Source: Fibrobacterota bacterium (GTDB lineage Bacteria > Fibrobacterota > Fibrobacteria > UBA11236 > JADFYW01). Taken from it: DNA of 64,000 bases. The notes beneath the pieces were generated by a model. It worked only from the letters and a program-made list of their open reading frames with translations. It did not search any database and was not told the DNA's origin. Shown here piece by piece: positions 19,231 through 28,708 of this stretch. Numbering within the stretch: the first letter of the stretch is position 1; each line of letters begins with the position of its first letter. Both the position numbers and the translations under genes were made by a program. The stretch covers positions 9,964 to 73,963 of the forward strand of contig JBHPJW010000005.1 in assembly GCA_042567505.1 (NCBI GenBank). Reading direction: 5' to 3'.

Positions 19231-19247
19231 GGATAGTACCAGGTTTT

Positions 19248-19470
19248 TTTTTCAGACAGGATAACAGGATAAACATGAATAGGTAGTAATTCTGGGATTT
19301 GAGTTCTCCGGGATTTTTTCTCACGGAAATAAAAAGATACTTTTCCATTGAATCACCTGATGTATTACACATGTACAAAAGCAGTGACTTCGGTGCCAAG
19401 TAGAAACCCGGTTTAAAAAAGAGCGTTTTTGCAATTATATTTGGTACATTCTGTTATCCTGTCTGAAAAA
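19248..19470. mobile_element. MITE-like cassette bounded by perfect 20-bp inverted repeats
   Basis: TTTTTCAGACAGGATAACAG (19248-19267) / CTGTTATCCTGTCTGAAAAA (19451-19470); no evident gene inside. Confidence 0.55.
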
Positions 19471-19512
19471 AGGGTTTGACGCTTTGGCCGACTCATAAGT
19501 ATTCCACAGGTA

Positions 19513-19578
19513 ATAGTTTCAAACTATTACTTCCATTGAAACAAACGATTGGAGAATCTTCGCGGCAGAAAGTATTCT
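19513..19578 (+). promoter_or_regulatory. OxyR box plus sigma-70 promoter of ahpC
   Basis: ATAG-N7-CTAT-N7-ATTG-N7-CGAT (19513-19549), then TTGGAG-N18-TATTCT. Confidence 0.85.
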
Positions 19579-19621
19579 ATGGTAGGAAAGGACTGGAAAA
19601 CATTAACGACGGAGGTTTGTC

Positions 19622-20215
19622 ATGGGAGTTCTCGTGGGAAAAGAAGCGCCTGATTTTTCTGCCACGGCGGTAGAGGCGGGACAGATAAAAGAAGGGTTTA
19701 CCCTGTCGCAGTTCAAGGGAGATAAGTATGTGGTACTTTTTTTCTACCCATTGGATTTTACTTTTGTGTGTCCAACGGAGCTTCACGCTTTTCAGGCTAA
19801 ATCAGGAGAGTTTGCCAAGAGGAATACTCAGGTTATAGGGGTGTCGACTGATTCTCATCATTCGCATTACGCCTGGCTGCAGACTCCCAAGAGCAAGGGC
19901 GGGATTGAAGGAGTGGTTTATCCGTTAGTGGCGGATTTCACTAAAACCATATCCCGTGACTATGATGTTTTACTTGAGGAATCGGGAAAGGCGCAGCGGG
20001 GTCTGTTTTTAATTGATAAAGAAGGGATTGTTCAGCATCAGGTGGTGAATAATCTGGATTTGGGCAGAAATGTCGATGAGGTTATCCGCATGGTGGACGC
20101 CCTGCAATTCACCGAGGAACATGGGGAGGTATGTCCCGCCAACTGGAACAAAGGTGACAGATCCATGAGGGCCAGCAGGGAAGGAGTGGAGGAATTCTTT
20201 GGGCAGGAGCAGTGA
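19622..20215 (+). CDS. ahpC: 2-Cys peroxiredoxin
   Basis: FYPLDFTFVCPTE and GEVCPANW. Confidence 0.96.
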   Translation: MGVLVGKEAPDFSATAVEAGQIKEGFTLSQFKGDKYVVLFFYPLDFTFVCPTELHAFQAKSGEFAKRNTQVIGVSTDSHHSHYAWLQTPKSKGGIEGVVYPLVADFTKTISRDYDVLLEESGKAQRGLFLIDKEGIVQHQVVNNLDLGRNVDEVIRMVDALQFTEEHGEVCPANWNKGDRSMRASREGVEEFFGQEQ

Positions 20216-20328
20216 GGCGTGCGTAATTATGGATTATGAATTCTGGATTTTTAATTATGTAAAAATCCTTAAGGAGACAGAATATATGCCATAATAATCT
20301 TTTTTGTTGTCATCGTCGAAATGGGGTC

Positions 20329-20874
20329 ATGAATTACTTGGATAAGGAATACAATAAAATGAACATTTACGATTTTGCCATGAAAATGGAAAAAGACGGG
20401 GAAGAGTACCTGCGTCGAGCGGCGGAGAGAGCCCCAACCATGGAGTTGAAGCTCATCCTGGGCATGCTCGCCGAAGAGGAAGTGCGGCATTATGAGACCA
20501 TTAAGGCCATGAAACAAAAAGAAAAAGATCCCGGCGGGGCGGAAGATTCGGGCCTCATCGGAGTGAAAAATATTTTTCAGCAAATGATGGAGAAGGAAAG
20601 ACCGCAGCCGGGGCCGAAAATATATGAAAATATGTTCATGGATGACGGTGATCTGAATATGTACAGGGAACTGGTTAACATGGAAAGCTACAGTTTCGCC
20701 TTTTACAGGACGAAAGCCAGGGAGGAGGAGCGGGAAGAAATCAGGAAATTATTTTTCAGCCTCGCAGAGGAAGAGAAAGAACATGAAAAAATAATGAACA
20801 ATTTAGTTACCTTTATACTAGAATCCCGGAACAGGCCGGTCCCGGCGCTTGGTGTAGAGGAATTGGAGGGTTGA
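20329..20874 (+). CDS. Rubrerythrin-like ferritin-family protein
   Basis: A.KME..G..Y, EEEVRH and EEEKEH di-iron motifs. Confidence 0.85.
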   Translation: MNYLDKEYNKMNIYDFAMKMEKDGEEYLRRAAERAPTMELKLILGMLAEEEVRHYETIKAMKQKEKDPGGAEDSGLIGVKNIFQQMMEKERPQPGPKIYENMFMDDGDLNMYRELVNMESYSFAFYRTKAREEEREEIRKLFFSLAEEEKEHEKIMNNLVTFILESRNRPVPALGVEELEG

Positions 20875-20981
20875 GACAGGAATAGAAGGGCATGGGACGA
20901 GTGGAATGAATGCAATGATAAAGCCTTTCATAACTTCTCGGGAAAGGTCTTTTTAAAACAGGCAAAAAGAGGAAAAATTTT

Positions 20982-22496
20982 ATGACGCAGGAACACAATT
21001 TTGTCATTTTCGGCGCCTCAGGAGACCTGACCGCCCGTAAGCTTATGCCGGCGCTTTACTCACTTTATAAGCGCAAGCAGCTTCCTGAACGCTTTGGGGT
21101 CCTGGGCGTAAGCCGCACCAAATGGGACGACGTTACGTTCAGAGAACAGATGGAAAAGGCCATAAAGAGTTTTTCCAGCGATGATCCTGACGTAAAACCA
21201 ATACAAAGCTTTATCAAACACTTGTATTATCAATCCATAAATACACTGGCAGGGGAGGAGTATTCTCAGGTAAAGACAAAACTGGAGCAGGTCGACCAAG
21301 AAGTGAAGACCGGGCCAAACAGTATATTTTATCTCTCGACACCCCCCAGCTTGTACGGGGTGATTCCCGAATACCTGGCGCAGCAGGGTTTGAACAATGC
21401 AGATGGCGGCTGGAAACGGCTGATAATTGAAAAACCCTTTGGCTATAACCTGGAAACTGCCAGAGAATTGAACCGGCAGGTTCTGGAACACTTTAAGGAA
21501 GACCAGGTGTACCGCATCGATCATTATCTGGGCAAGGAAACCGTGCAGAACATTCTAGTGTTCAGGTTTGCAAATGAGATTATGGACACGATCTGGGATT
21601 ATCAGCATATTGACTTTGTGGAAATAACCTCATCCGAGCACATAGGGGTGGGGAGCCGGGGGGGCTATTACGACCAATCCGGAGCGACACGGGACATGGT
21701 GCAGAATCACCTGTTGCAGGTGCTTGCCATGATAACTCTGGAACCTCCGGTGACATTTGACGCGGACAGCGTGCGCTATGAGACGCTCAAGGTATTTAAG
21801 AGCCTCCGGCGCTTGAAGAAATCCAACATCCCCAACCATGCTGTGTTTGGACAGTACACGGCCTCAACCATAAGGGGAGAAAAAGTTAATGGATACAGGC
21901 AGGAGCCCGGTGTGCCTAAGAAATCCAAGACAGACACCTATGCGGCCTTCAAGATGTTCATCGATAATTCCCGCTGGTTCAAGGTTCCGTTTTACCTGAG
22001 AGTGGGGAAGCGGCTGCCCACCAGGGTTACAGAAGTGGTAATTCACTTCAAGAAAACTCCTCATCCCGCTTTCGGTGTCCGGACTGGTATCCATGGTGAA
22101 CAAAACCTGCTGGTTATGCGCATTCAGCCGGATGAGGGTATCCAGCTTAAATTCGGCATGAAGTCCCCCGGGGCGGGTTTTAAGGTCAAATCTCAGGACT
22201 TGAATTTTCATTATTCCCAGGACTCGGATCTGGCGATTCCCGAATCATATGAAAGGCTTTTGCTGGACTGCATGCTGGGTGATGCCACCTTGTACATCAG
22301 GGGGGACGCGGTGGAACAGTGCTGGGAATTTATCGATCCCTATTTGGAATACAAGGAAAGCCAAGCGAAAATATACGGCTATCCGGCCGGGACTTGGGGC
22401 CCGAAGGAGGCGGATGCCTTGATTAACCGGGACCGCCGAGAGTGGAGATATCCCTGCAAGAACCTGGCTAATGACGGGGAGTACTGCGAGCTTTAA
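20982..22496 (+). CDS. zwf: Glucose-6-phosphate 1-dehydrogenase
   Basis: GASGDL, EKPFG and RIDHYLGKE. Confidence 0.97.
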   Translation: MTQEHNFVIFGASGDLTARKLMPALYSLYKRKQLPERFGVLGVSRTKWDDVTFREQMEKAIKSFSSDDPDVKPIQSFIKHLYYQSINTLAGEEYSQVKTKLEQVDQEVKTGPNSIFYLSTPPSLYGVIPEYLAQQGLNNADGGWKRLIIEKPFGYNLETARELNRQVLEHFKEDQVYRIDHYLGKETVQNILVFRFANEIMDTIWDYQHIDFVEITSSEHIGVGSRGGYYDQSGATRDMVQNHLLQVLAMITLEPPVTFDADSVRYETLKVFKSLRRLKKSNIPNHAVFGQYTASTIRGEKVNGYRQEPGVPKKSKTDTYAAFKMFIDNSRWFKVPFYLRVGKRLPTRVTEVVIHFKKTPHPAFGVRTGIHGEQNLLVMRIQPDEGIQLKFGMKSPGAGFKVKSQDLNFHYSQDSDLAIPESYERLLLDCMLGDATLYIRGDAVEQCWEFIDPYLEYKESQAKIYGYPAGTWGPKEADALINRDRREWRYPCKNLANDGEYCEL

Positions 22497-22513
22497 AACA
22501 TATTTTAAATAAT

Positions 22514-23242
22514 ATGCCTAACTCATTGATATTCAACAACATAGAAGACCTGTCTAAACGTTTGTCGGAGGATCTGCTGAGCTCTGTCGCAAGCAAAGCG
22601 CAGCAAGGCGGGGCCTTTCATATGGCTTTGTCAGGGGGAAATACTCCCAGGAAACTCTTCAAAATGCTTGCTGATGATTACAATAAAAGAATCAATTGGG
22701 GTGCGGTGCAATTCTGGTGGGGTGATGAACGATGCGTGCCTGCTGACGACCCGGAGAGCAACTTTGGATCAGCAAGGGAGACTTTACTTTCCTGGATTGA
22801 TATGCCGGAGGTTAATATCCATCCCATGCTTGGAGAGACAGACCCGGAAGTTGAAGCGGTGCGCTATGCAAAAGAGCTGAAATCCATGCTACCGTTAAAT
22901 CAGGAAGGAGTACCTGTTTTCGACTGGATATTGCTGGGTATTGGAAGTGACGGGCATACTGCCTCCCTGTTTCCCTCCGATCTACCCCTGGACTATAAAG
23001 CAGTTACATTGGCGTCCAGGAATCCCCGGACAGGGCAAAGGAGGATATCATTGGGAGCGACGGTCATATGTTCCGCCCTAAAAGTTAGCATTATGGCCAG
23101 CGGCAGTTCCAAGGCAGGTGTGGTTGAGAGGGTTTTTAAGAAAAGCGCTGAAGCGGAGTCTTATCCCATATTCCAGATTACCAGGGAGTGTGAGCATGCG
23201 GAATGGCTGCTTGACAGGGAAGCGGCTTCCGGTTTGGTGTAA
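22514..23242 (+). CDS. pgl: 6-phosphogluconolactonase
   Basis: LSGGNTP, GDERCVP and DGHTASLFP. Confidence 0.95.
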   Translation: MPNSLIFNNIEDLSKRLSEDLLSSVASKAQQGGAFHMALSGGNTPRKLFKMLADDYNKRINWGAVQFWWGDERCVPADDPESNFGSARETLLSWIDMPEVNIHPMLGETDPEVEAVRYAKELKSMLPLNQEGVPVFDWILLGIGSDGHTASLFPSDLPLDYKAVTLASRNPRTGQRRISLGATVICSALKVSIMASGSSKAGVVERVFKKSAEAESYPIFQITRECEHAEWLLDREAASGLV

Positions 23243-23276
23243 GATTTTTTATCAGGAGAATTAAGGGTAAGGTTTG

Positions 23277-23486
23277 GAGTAGGGAGAAAGGAGTAAGGAG
23301 TGGTAAGAGATACGTCATTGCGGGCACGAACTCTGTAAAACGGACTCTGCGAAGCAATCTCTCTATGGAACAATGTTCTTCAGGGAGATTGCCTCACTCA
23401 GGAATTCATTCTCTGGCAGGTGTTCGCAATGGCGGGACTATTTACTCAATCCGAACAGGCTCATTACTCCATCACTCCAATACTCC
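23277..23486. repeat. Composite repeat: GGAGT-type arrays in inverted orientation enclosing a GTCATTGCG...GCAATGGC palindromic element
   Basis: ggagtagggagaaaggagtaaggagt ... cgtcattgcg..gaagcaatctc..gagattgcctc..cgcaatggcg ... tactccatcactccaatactcc. Confidence 0.65.
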
Positions 23487-23528
23487 AAAAGATGATTATT
23501 TAAGGGCTTTAAAAAAAGGAGGATCAAT

Positions 23529-24044
23529 ATGATAAACAAAAAAGTAGAACAGGCCATAAACAAGCAGATAAACGCGGAGCTGTTCTCCTCCTATCTGTAC
23601 ATTTCCATGGCAGCCTGGTTTGAGGCCAAGAACCTCAAGGGCTTTGCCAATTGGATGCGGGTGCAGGCTCAGGAGGAAATCGTTCATGCCATGAAGTTTT
23701 TTAATTTCGTCATTGACCGGGGAGGTAAGGCAATAATGACCGCTATTGACGCTCCCAAGGTCAATTGGAAAAACTCTATTGAAATATACCACGATGCTTT
23801 AAAGCACGAACAAAAGGTGACTTCACTCATAAACAACCTCCTGACTTTGGCAGAAAAGGAAAATGACCATGCTTCCTCCAGTCTTCTGCAGTGGTTCGTG
23901 GATGAGCAGGTAGAGGAGGAGGCCAGCGCTTCTGACATGCTGGAACAATTGAAACTGGTCAATGGCAGGGGTTCCGGACTTTTTATTCTGGACAGGGAGG
24001 CCAGGCAGAGGGTGTTTACACCGCCGGTTGATACAACTCAATAA
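23529..24044 (+). CDS. ftnA: Non-heme ferritin
   Basis: QINAELFSSYLY, EE..HAMK and WFVDEQVEEE. Confidence 0.93.
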   Translation: MINKKVEQAINKQINAELFSSYLYISMAAWFEAKNLKGFANWMRVQAQEEIVHAMKFFNFVIDRGGKAIMTAIDAPKVNWKNSIEIYHDALKHEQKVTSLINNLLTLAEKENDHASSSLLQWFVDEQVEEEASASDMLEQLKLVNGRGSGLFILDREARQRVFTPPVDTTQ

Positions 24045-24245
24045 CCATTAATTTTGCGCATGCCAAACTGGAATACACCTGGCCCGCCGAAGGTTTGTAA
24101 AGTTACCCGGGGCGAGTCTATTTCAGAATTCCCCCAAGTCTTTTTGTAGTAAATAAAGAAACAAAAAACCGCTTTGACGTCCTTTGCCGTTTAAAGGTCT
24201 GTGTCAAGTATAAACGAAAAGGAAGCGCAAGTCCTAATGCGTGTG

Positions 24246-25145
24246 TCAGGATAAAACTTTGCGAGTTTCCTGGATAATAATATCAGCGATTTTTACCAGG
24301 CAGGATTTCCTGAGGCTGGACTTGCGCCACAGGATGCCGATCTTTCTTCCGGGTACGGGATCAGAGAAGGGAATGTACCGAATTGAATGAGGATCAGAAA
24401 GATCCCTTTTTACGGCCAGGTCAGGTATCAGGGTAATGCCGGTTCCCACGGACACCATCTGCCTGAGGGTCTCCAGGCTGGAAGCGCGGAAACCGAGTTG
24501 TTCCCGGGCGCCTGCGTAAGCACAAACATCCAGAGCGTTGTTTCTTAAACAGTGGCCGTCTTCCAGGAGCAAAAGGGCCTCTCCCTTAAGATCGGTCTGC
24601 ATTATTTTTTTACGCTTGGCGAAAGTGTGCTTTGGGGGGACGGCAAGGCAGAAAGGCTCCTCAAACAGTTCATGCACTTCGAGTTCCTCATGGAGTTCCG
24701 GCAGAGCCAGGATAACAGCGTCCAGTTTGCCATCTTTGACCATTTGCAGGATGCGCCTGGTCTGTTCCTCCACCAGGTACAGGTTCAGTTTGGGGAATTC
24801 CTTCTGGATGGGATGAACAATATAGGGAAGCAGGTAGGGCCCCAGCGTGGGAAAGACGCCTAATTTCATGGGACCGGCAAAAGGATCTTTGCCGGTCTTC
24901 GCCAGGTCCATGATATGCGCGGCTTTCGTAAGGACCCTGTCCGCCTGCCTGGCGATCTCTTCCCCCAGGGGGGTTAAAAAGACCTTGTGTTTGGTGCGCT
25001 CTATCAGTTGCACTCCCAGCTCTTCTTCCAGTTTTTTCAGCTGTCCGCTCAAGGTAGGCTGGCTCACGCAGCAGCGCTCGGCCGCCTTGCGGAAATGCTT
25101 GAGATCGGCTACGGCGACCAGGTATTCCAAGTCACGAATGTTCAT
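24246..25145 (-). CDS. oxyR: Hydrogen peroxide sensor OxyR (LysR family)
   Basis: MNIRDLEYLVA, SQPTLSGQ, EDGHCLR....DVC (both redox cysteines) and SLETLRQMV. Confidence 0.95.
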   Translation of the reverse strand: MNIRDLEYLVAVADLKHFRKAAERCCVSQPTLSGQLKKLEEELGVQLIERTKHKVFLTPLGEEIARQADRVLTKAAHIMDLAKTGKDPFAGPMKLGVFPTLGPYLLPYIVHPIQKEFPKLNLYLVEEQTRRILQMVKDGKLDAVILALPELHEELEVHELFEEPFCLAVPPKHTFAKRKKIMQTDLKGEALLLLEDGHCLRNNALDVCAYAGAREQLGFRASSLETLRQMVSVGTGITLIPDLAVKRDLSDPHSIRYIPFSDPVPGRKIGILWRKSSLRKSCLVKIADIIIQETRKVLS

Positions 25146-25163
25146 CCTCTTAGCTCCCCTTTA

Positions 25164-25229
25164 ATAGAACCTGACTATTAAATCCATTGAATCAAACGAT
25201 TGGATTAATATTCCAGTAAAACATATCAT
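25164..25229 (+). promoter_or_regulatory. OxyR box plus promoter of the sigma-factor gene (overlaps the oxyR upstream region)
   Basis: ATAG-N7-CTAT-N7-ATTG-N7-CGAT (25164-25200), then TTGGAT-N18-TATCAT. Confidence 0.85.
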
Positions 25230-25308
25230 TAAATATGAAATGTGACAACCCGGACGAGAGCGAGTCGGCTGGAAAATTCAGGGGACTCAAGAAAGGCAGG
25301 GTGCAATC

Positions 25309-26127
25309 ATGGCAGCGGAAAAATCAAGCAAGAGCCTCGGGCTTTATATCAAGGACATCAAGGGGAGCAGTCATTTCAGTTTGAAAGAGGAACAGGAGCT
25401 GTTCGCTCTCTTGCGGAAGGGCAGCCGGACAGCCCGCGACATGCTGTTACGGTCCAATATGCGGTTCGTACTCAAAGTAGCTCTGCAATATCAGAAGAGC
25501 CCGCTTCCCCTATCGGACCTTATAAGCGAGGGCGCCATGGGCCTTATCATGGCGATAGATAATTTTGATCCTTCGCGGGGCATTAAGTTTATCTCCTACG
25601 CAGTATGGTGGATAAAAGCCTATATCACCAGGTCCATAAATGAGCACAGCTCACTTATAAGAATTCCCTCCAACCAGGCCTTAAAAATGCGAAAAGCATT
25701 GAGATCCGGTCTTCCCAAGGATCAGCTGGACGATGATATAAAAGAATTAATCCGGTTGTGCGAGAGAGGACTTTCACTTGACGCTCCGGTCAACGGTGAG
25801 GCCGGCAATCTGTTATATGAAACCATAGTTGACGATAATTTCGAGTCGCCGGACAACCTGGCCCAGAGTAATTCCGTGAAGAAATACGCAAGGTCCCTGC
25901 TGGCCAGGCTTCCCGAACGGGAAGCCGAAGTGCTGAAGGCGTGTTACGGCCTGGACAACGGGGTACCCGGAAGTCTGAGGGAAGTAGGAGACAGGCTGGA
26001 TCTTTCCAATGAGCGGGTAAGGCAACTGCGCAATAAGGCCATCCAGCGTTTACAGCAGGATTCGGAAATAGTAAATTGGGCCTTTAACGTTTACCGGATG
26101 AACGGGCCGGAAGACAAGAGAGATTAA
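25309..26127 (+). CDS. Alternative sigma-70 factor, RpoD/RpoS family, lacking region 1.1
   Basis: SNMRFVLKVA, DLISEG, KFISYAVWWI and ERVRQL. Confidence 0.92.
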   Translation: MAAEKSSKSLGLYIKDIKGSSHFSLKEEQELFALLRKGSRTARDMLLRSNMRFVLKVALQYQKSPLPLSDLISEGAMGLIMAIDNFDPSRGIKFISYAVWWIKAYITRSINEHSSLIRIPSNQALKMRKALRSGLPKDQLDDDIKELIRLCERGLSLDAPVNGEAGNLLYETIVDDNFESPDNLAQSNSVKKYARSLLARLPEREAEVLKACYGLDNGVPGSLREVGDRLDLSNERVRQLRNKAIQRLQQDSEIVNWAFNVYRMNGPEDKRD

Positions 26128-26139
26128 AAGGAGGAGCAT

Positions 26140-26592
26140 ATGAGCAGTACTGATTTTGGGGAAATCATCGACTTTGCCATTGAGGAAGAGGTGAAAGCTT
26201 ATACCCTGTATGAAGAAACCGCCGGCAAGACTGATGATAATAGCCTTAAGTCATTATTGACTGACATGGCAGACATGGAACGGGGCCATGAGGCCAGATT
26301 AAAGGCCTTTAAGAAGGGCAAGATTGAAAGTATCGGTTCGGTCCAGGTAGAAGATCTCAAAATAGGCGACTACCTGGTGGATGTTGAAATCAACGAAAAC
26401 AGCAGCGTTCAGGACATTCTCCTCTTTGCTATCAAGGCCGAGATGAAAGCGCATGAGCTGTACACCCAGTTGGAACGGCTGTACGCGGAGCCGGAGGAAC
26501 GAGCCCTTTTTCAGAAACTGGCAAACGAGGAACTGCAGCATAAGAATGACCTGGAAAAGGTTTATGATGATTATGTGTATAAAGAGAATTAG
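26140..26592 (+). CDS. Rubrerythrin-like ferritin-family protein
   Basis: FAIEEE..AY.LY, ME.GH, AIKAE and EE..HK. Confidence 0.88.
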   Translation: MSSTDFGEIIDFAIEEEVKAYTLYEETAGKTDDNSLKSLLTDMADMERGHEARLKAFKKGKIESIGSVQVEDLKIGDYLVDVEINENSSVQDILLFAIKAEMKAHELYTQLERLYAEPEERALFQKLANEELQHKNDLEKVYDDYVYKEN

Positions 26593-26640
26593 GTGAATTG
26601 TAGCGGCGTGCCGCCTGCACGCCGTTACAAATTCCTTTCT

Positions 26641-26814
26641 TCAAATCTTTGCGATAAGCAACCCCATCACAGCTCCGTAAATTGTGCTTATCCACGGATT
26701 GGATGTTATGGGGCAGGCGCCTGAGGCACAGCCGATAAACTTATAGTATCCAAAACCCGCCGCCGCGCCGATGAGAACTCCCATGATTATTTTTACAGAT
26801 AGGAAAGAAAGCAT
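26641..26814 (-). CDS. Small membrane protein (DUF6132-like)
   Basis: YYKFIGCASGACPITSNPW; RBS AAGGAG. Confidence 0.8.
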   Translation of the reverse strand: MLSFLSVKIIMGVLIGAAAGFGYYKFIGCASGACPITSNPWISTIYGAVMGLLIAKI

Positions 26815-26863
26815 AATTAACTCCTTGGTATTTAATATAACATAAATCGGCAATGGGAATGAT

Positions 26864-26892
26864 GAAGCGGGAAGTTAACCACTTCCCGCTTC
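26864..26892 (-). terminator. Hairpin downstream of hsp20
   Basis: GAAGCGGGAAGT-taacc-ACTTCCCGCTTC, a perfect 12-bp stem. Confidence 0.7.
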
Positions 26893-26913
26893 CCCCTTCT
26901 TACTTTTCACTTT

Positions 26914-27324
26914 TTATTTAACCGTAATCTGCTTGGGTTTGGCTTTTTCCTTTTTGGCCAGCTCCAGTCTCAGGACTCCGTTTTCGAAATTGGCTTTTAT
27001 GTTTTCCGCCTCAATTTCTTCATTGAGCCTGAATGACCGCTTATACTCGCCGTAGGAAATCTCATTCAGATAACGGCCTTTGGATTTTTCTTCTTTTTTG
27101 GCTTCCTTCTTGGCTGAAACGGTGAGTACACCATTATCAACCTCGACTTTGAGATCTTTTTTATCCACTCCGGGCAGTTCGAACCTGAGGTTATAGTTGC
27201 TCTCTCCTTCGGTGATTTCTACCCTGGGCGAGATCTCCCGGTTTTCGATATAAGGCTGAGCAAAGAATTCGTCCCAGAGGTCATGCCATAAAACAGGGTG
27301 GTTTCTATAGGTTGTCAGTGTCAT
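26914..27324 (-). CDS. Hsp20/alpha-crystallin small heat-shock protein
   Basis: ELPGV.K.D, YGEYKRSF and A.FENGVL; start MTLTT after AAGGAGG. Confidence 0.93.
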   Translation of the reverse strand: MTLTTYRNHPVLWHDLWDEFFAQPYIENREISPRVEITEGESNYNLRFELPGVDKKDLKVEVDNGVLTVSAKKEAKKEEKSKGRYLNEISYGEYKRSFRLNEEIEAENIKANFENGVLRLELAKKEKAKPKQITVK

Positions 27325-27367
27325 TTTATCCTCCTTGTTGAAGTTTGTGTATATGCCTGCAAAGTAA

Positions 27368-27384
27368 CGCAAAGCCTGTGCCAG
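27368..27384 (-). promoter_or_regulatory. Sigma-54 -24/-12 promoter of hsp20
   Basis: CTGGCACA-GGCT-TTGCG on the minus strand. Confidence 0.75.
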
Positions 27385-27511
27385 ACAGATTCTCATGAAT
27401 AAAGGCCGTTTTAATGGTTTTTACAGGGGGATTTGTTTCAAATTGGATGAAACAGGTTTTTAAATTGGAGCAGTGCTTTGGTTTTTGGAATTATAGGTGT
27501 GAGGATTCATT

Positions 27512-27678
27512 TGTCATTAAGTCATTAAGTCATTAGGTCATTTTGCGCCTCCCACCTTCGCCGAGGCTTCGGAAGGCAGGTCGGCGCGTCATTAATTGAA
27601 GATAATCTACCATTAATGACCAATGACGCGCCCATTATCGCATGTTGTTTGAAAGGGGGCGCATAATGACTAATGACG
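27512..27678. repeat. Inverted GTCATT/AATGAC short-repeat arrays with a nested palindrome
   Basis: gtcattaagtcattaagtcattaggtcatt ... ccttcgccgaggcttcggaagg ... aatgaccaatgac ... aatgactaatgac. Confidence 0.65.
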
Positions 27679-27750
27679 TGCCCAATTCCATATGATGATT
27701 GCATAGGGGCGAATAAGGACAAATGACACCCCACAACCAGGGGGGCACAT

Positions 27751-28563
27751 TTATACAAACAACAGCAAACTCACCGCCATCACCATCATTCCAGACACCA
27801 ATCCGTAAACGGCCAAATGAGCCTCGCCATATTCTATGGCGGTGGGCAGCAGTTCGTCAAGGGAGACAAACACCATAATACCCGCCACTGCGGCAAACAG
27901 GATGCCGAACATGATGTCGTTGAAAAAGGAAAACAGGATGGCATATCCCAGGGCCGCTCCTATTGGTTCGGACAGTCCCGAGGCAAAAGAATACAGGAAA
28001 GCCTTTTTTCGGCTGCCGGTAGCATAATAAATCGGCACCGAGACAGCGATTCCTTCGGGGATGTTGTGTATGGCGATGGCGACGGCAATGGCAATGCCGA
28101 TGGAAGGATCCTTGAGAGCGGCTGTGAAAGTGGCGAGACCTTCAGGGAAATTATGTATGGCAATGGCCAGGGCGGTAAACATGCCCATCTTATACAGATT
28201 GTTGTACCTGGCGGCCTGTTCGGCGTTGTCCATAGCCTCAACCTTCTGTACAGCGTGGGGGTTTTCAAAAGAAGGGACGAATTTATCTATGAGGGCAATG
28301 AAGATAATGCCTCCAAAGAAAGAAAGGACCGTCGCCCAGTATCCTTTTACGTCTCCCAGTTCCCCGGTCAGGGTATCTTTTGCCTTGAAAAAAATCTCAA
28401 TAAAGGAGACATAAATCATAACGCCGGCGGAAAAGCCCAGGGCCAGGGAAAGGAATCTGGTATTGGTACGCCGCGCAAAGAAAGCCAGGGCGCTGCCGAT
28501 ACCGGTGGATAATCCGGCAAACAGGGTCAGTCCGAAAGCGAAGAGAACAGTGTTAATATCCAT
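27751..28563 (-). CDS. zupT: ZIP-family divalent metal transporter
   Basis: HNFPEG and HNIPEG motifs, SAGVMIYVSF. Confidence 0.93.
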   Translation of the reverse strand: MDINTVLFAFGLTLFAGLSTGIGSALAFFARRTNTRFLSLALGFSAGVMIYVSFIEIFFKAKDTLTGELGDVKGYWATVLSFFGGIIFIALIDKFVPSFENPHAVQKVEAMDNAEQAARYNNLYKMGMFTALAIAIHNFPEGLATFTAALKDPSIGIAIAVAIAIHNIPEGIAVSVPIYYATGSRKKAFLYSFASGLSEPIGAALGYAILFSFFNDIMFGILFAAVAGIMVFVSLDELLPTAIEYGEAHLAVYGLVSGMMVMAVSLLLFV

Positions 28564-28609
28564 AACGGGCTTTTTCCTGAAAAAATAATAAATCAATTAA
28601 ATACTAATC

Positions 28610-28675
28610 ATAGATATTTCCTATCACTTTCATAAAATCAAACGATTGGATAAATCCCCGTTATAAACCTATACT
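28610..28675 (+). promoter_or_regulatory. OxyR box plus promoter of the DHODH-like/nifU pair
   Basis: ATAG-N7-CTAT-N7-ATAA-N7-CGAT (28610-28646), then TTGGAT-N18-TATACT. Confidence 0.8.
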
Positions 28676-28708
28676 AAGAACAAAAGCAAATCCTGGAAGG
28701 AAGCGGAA

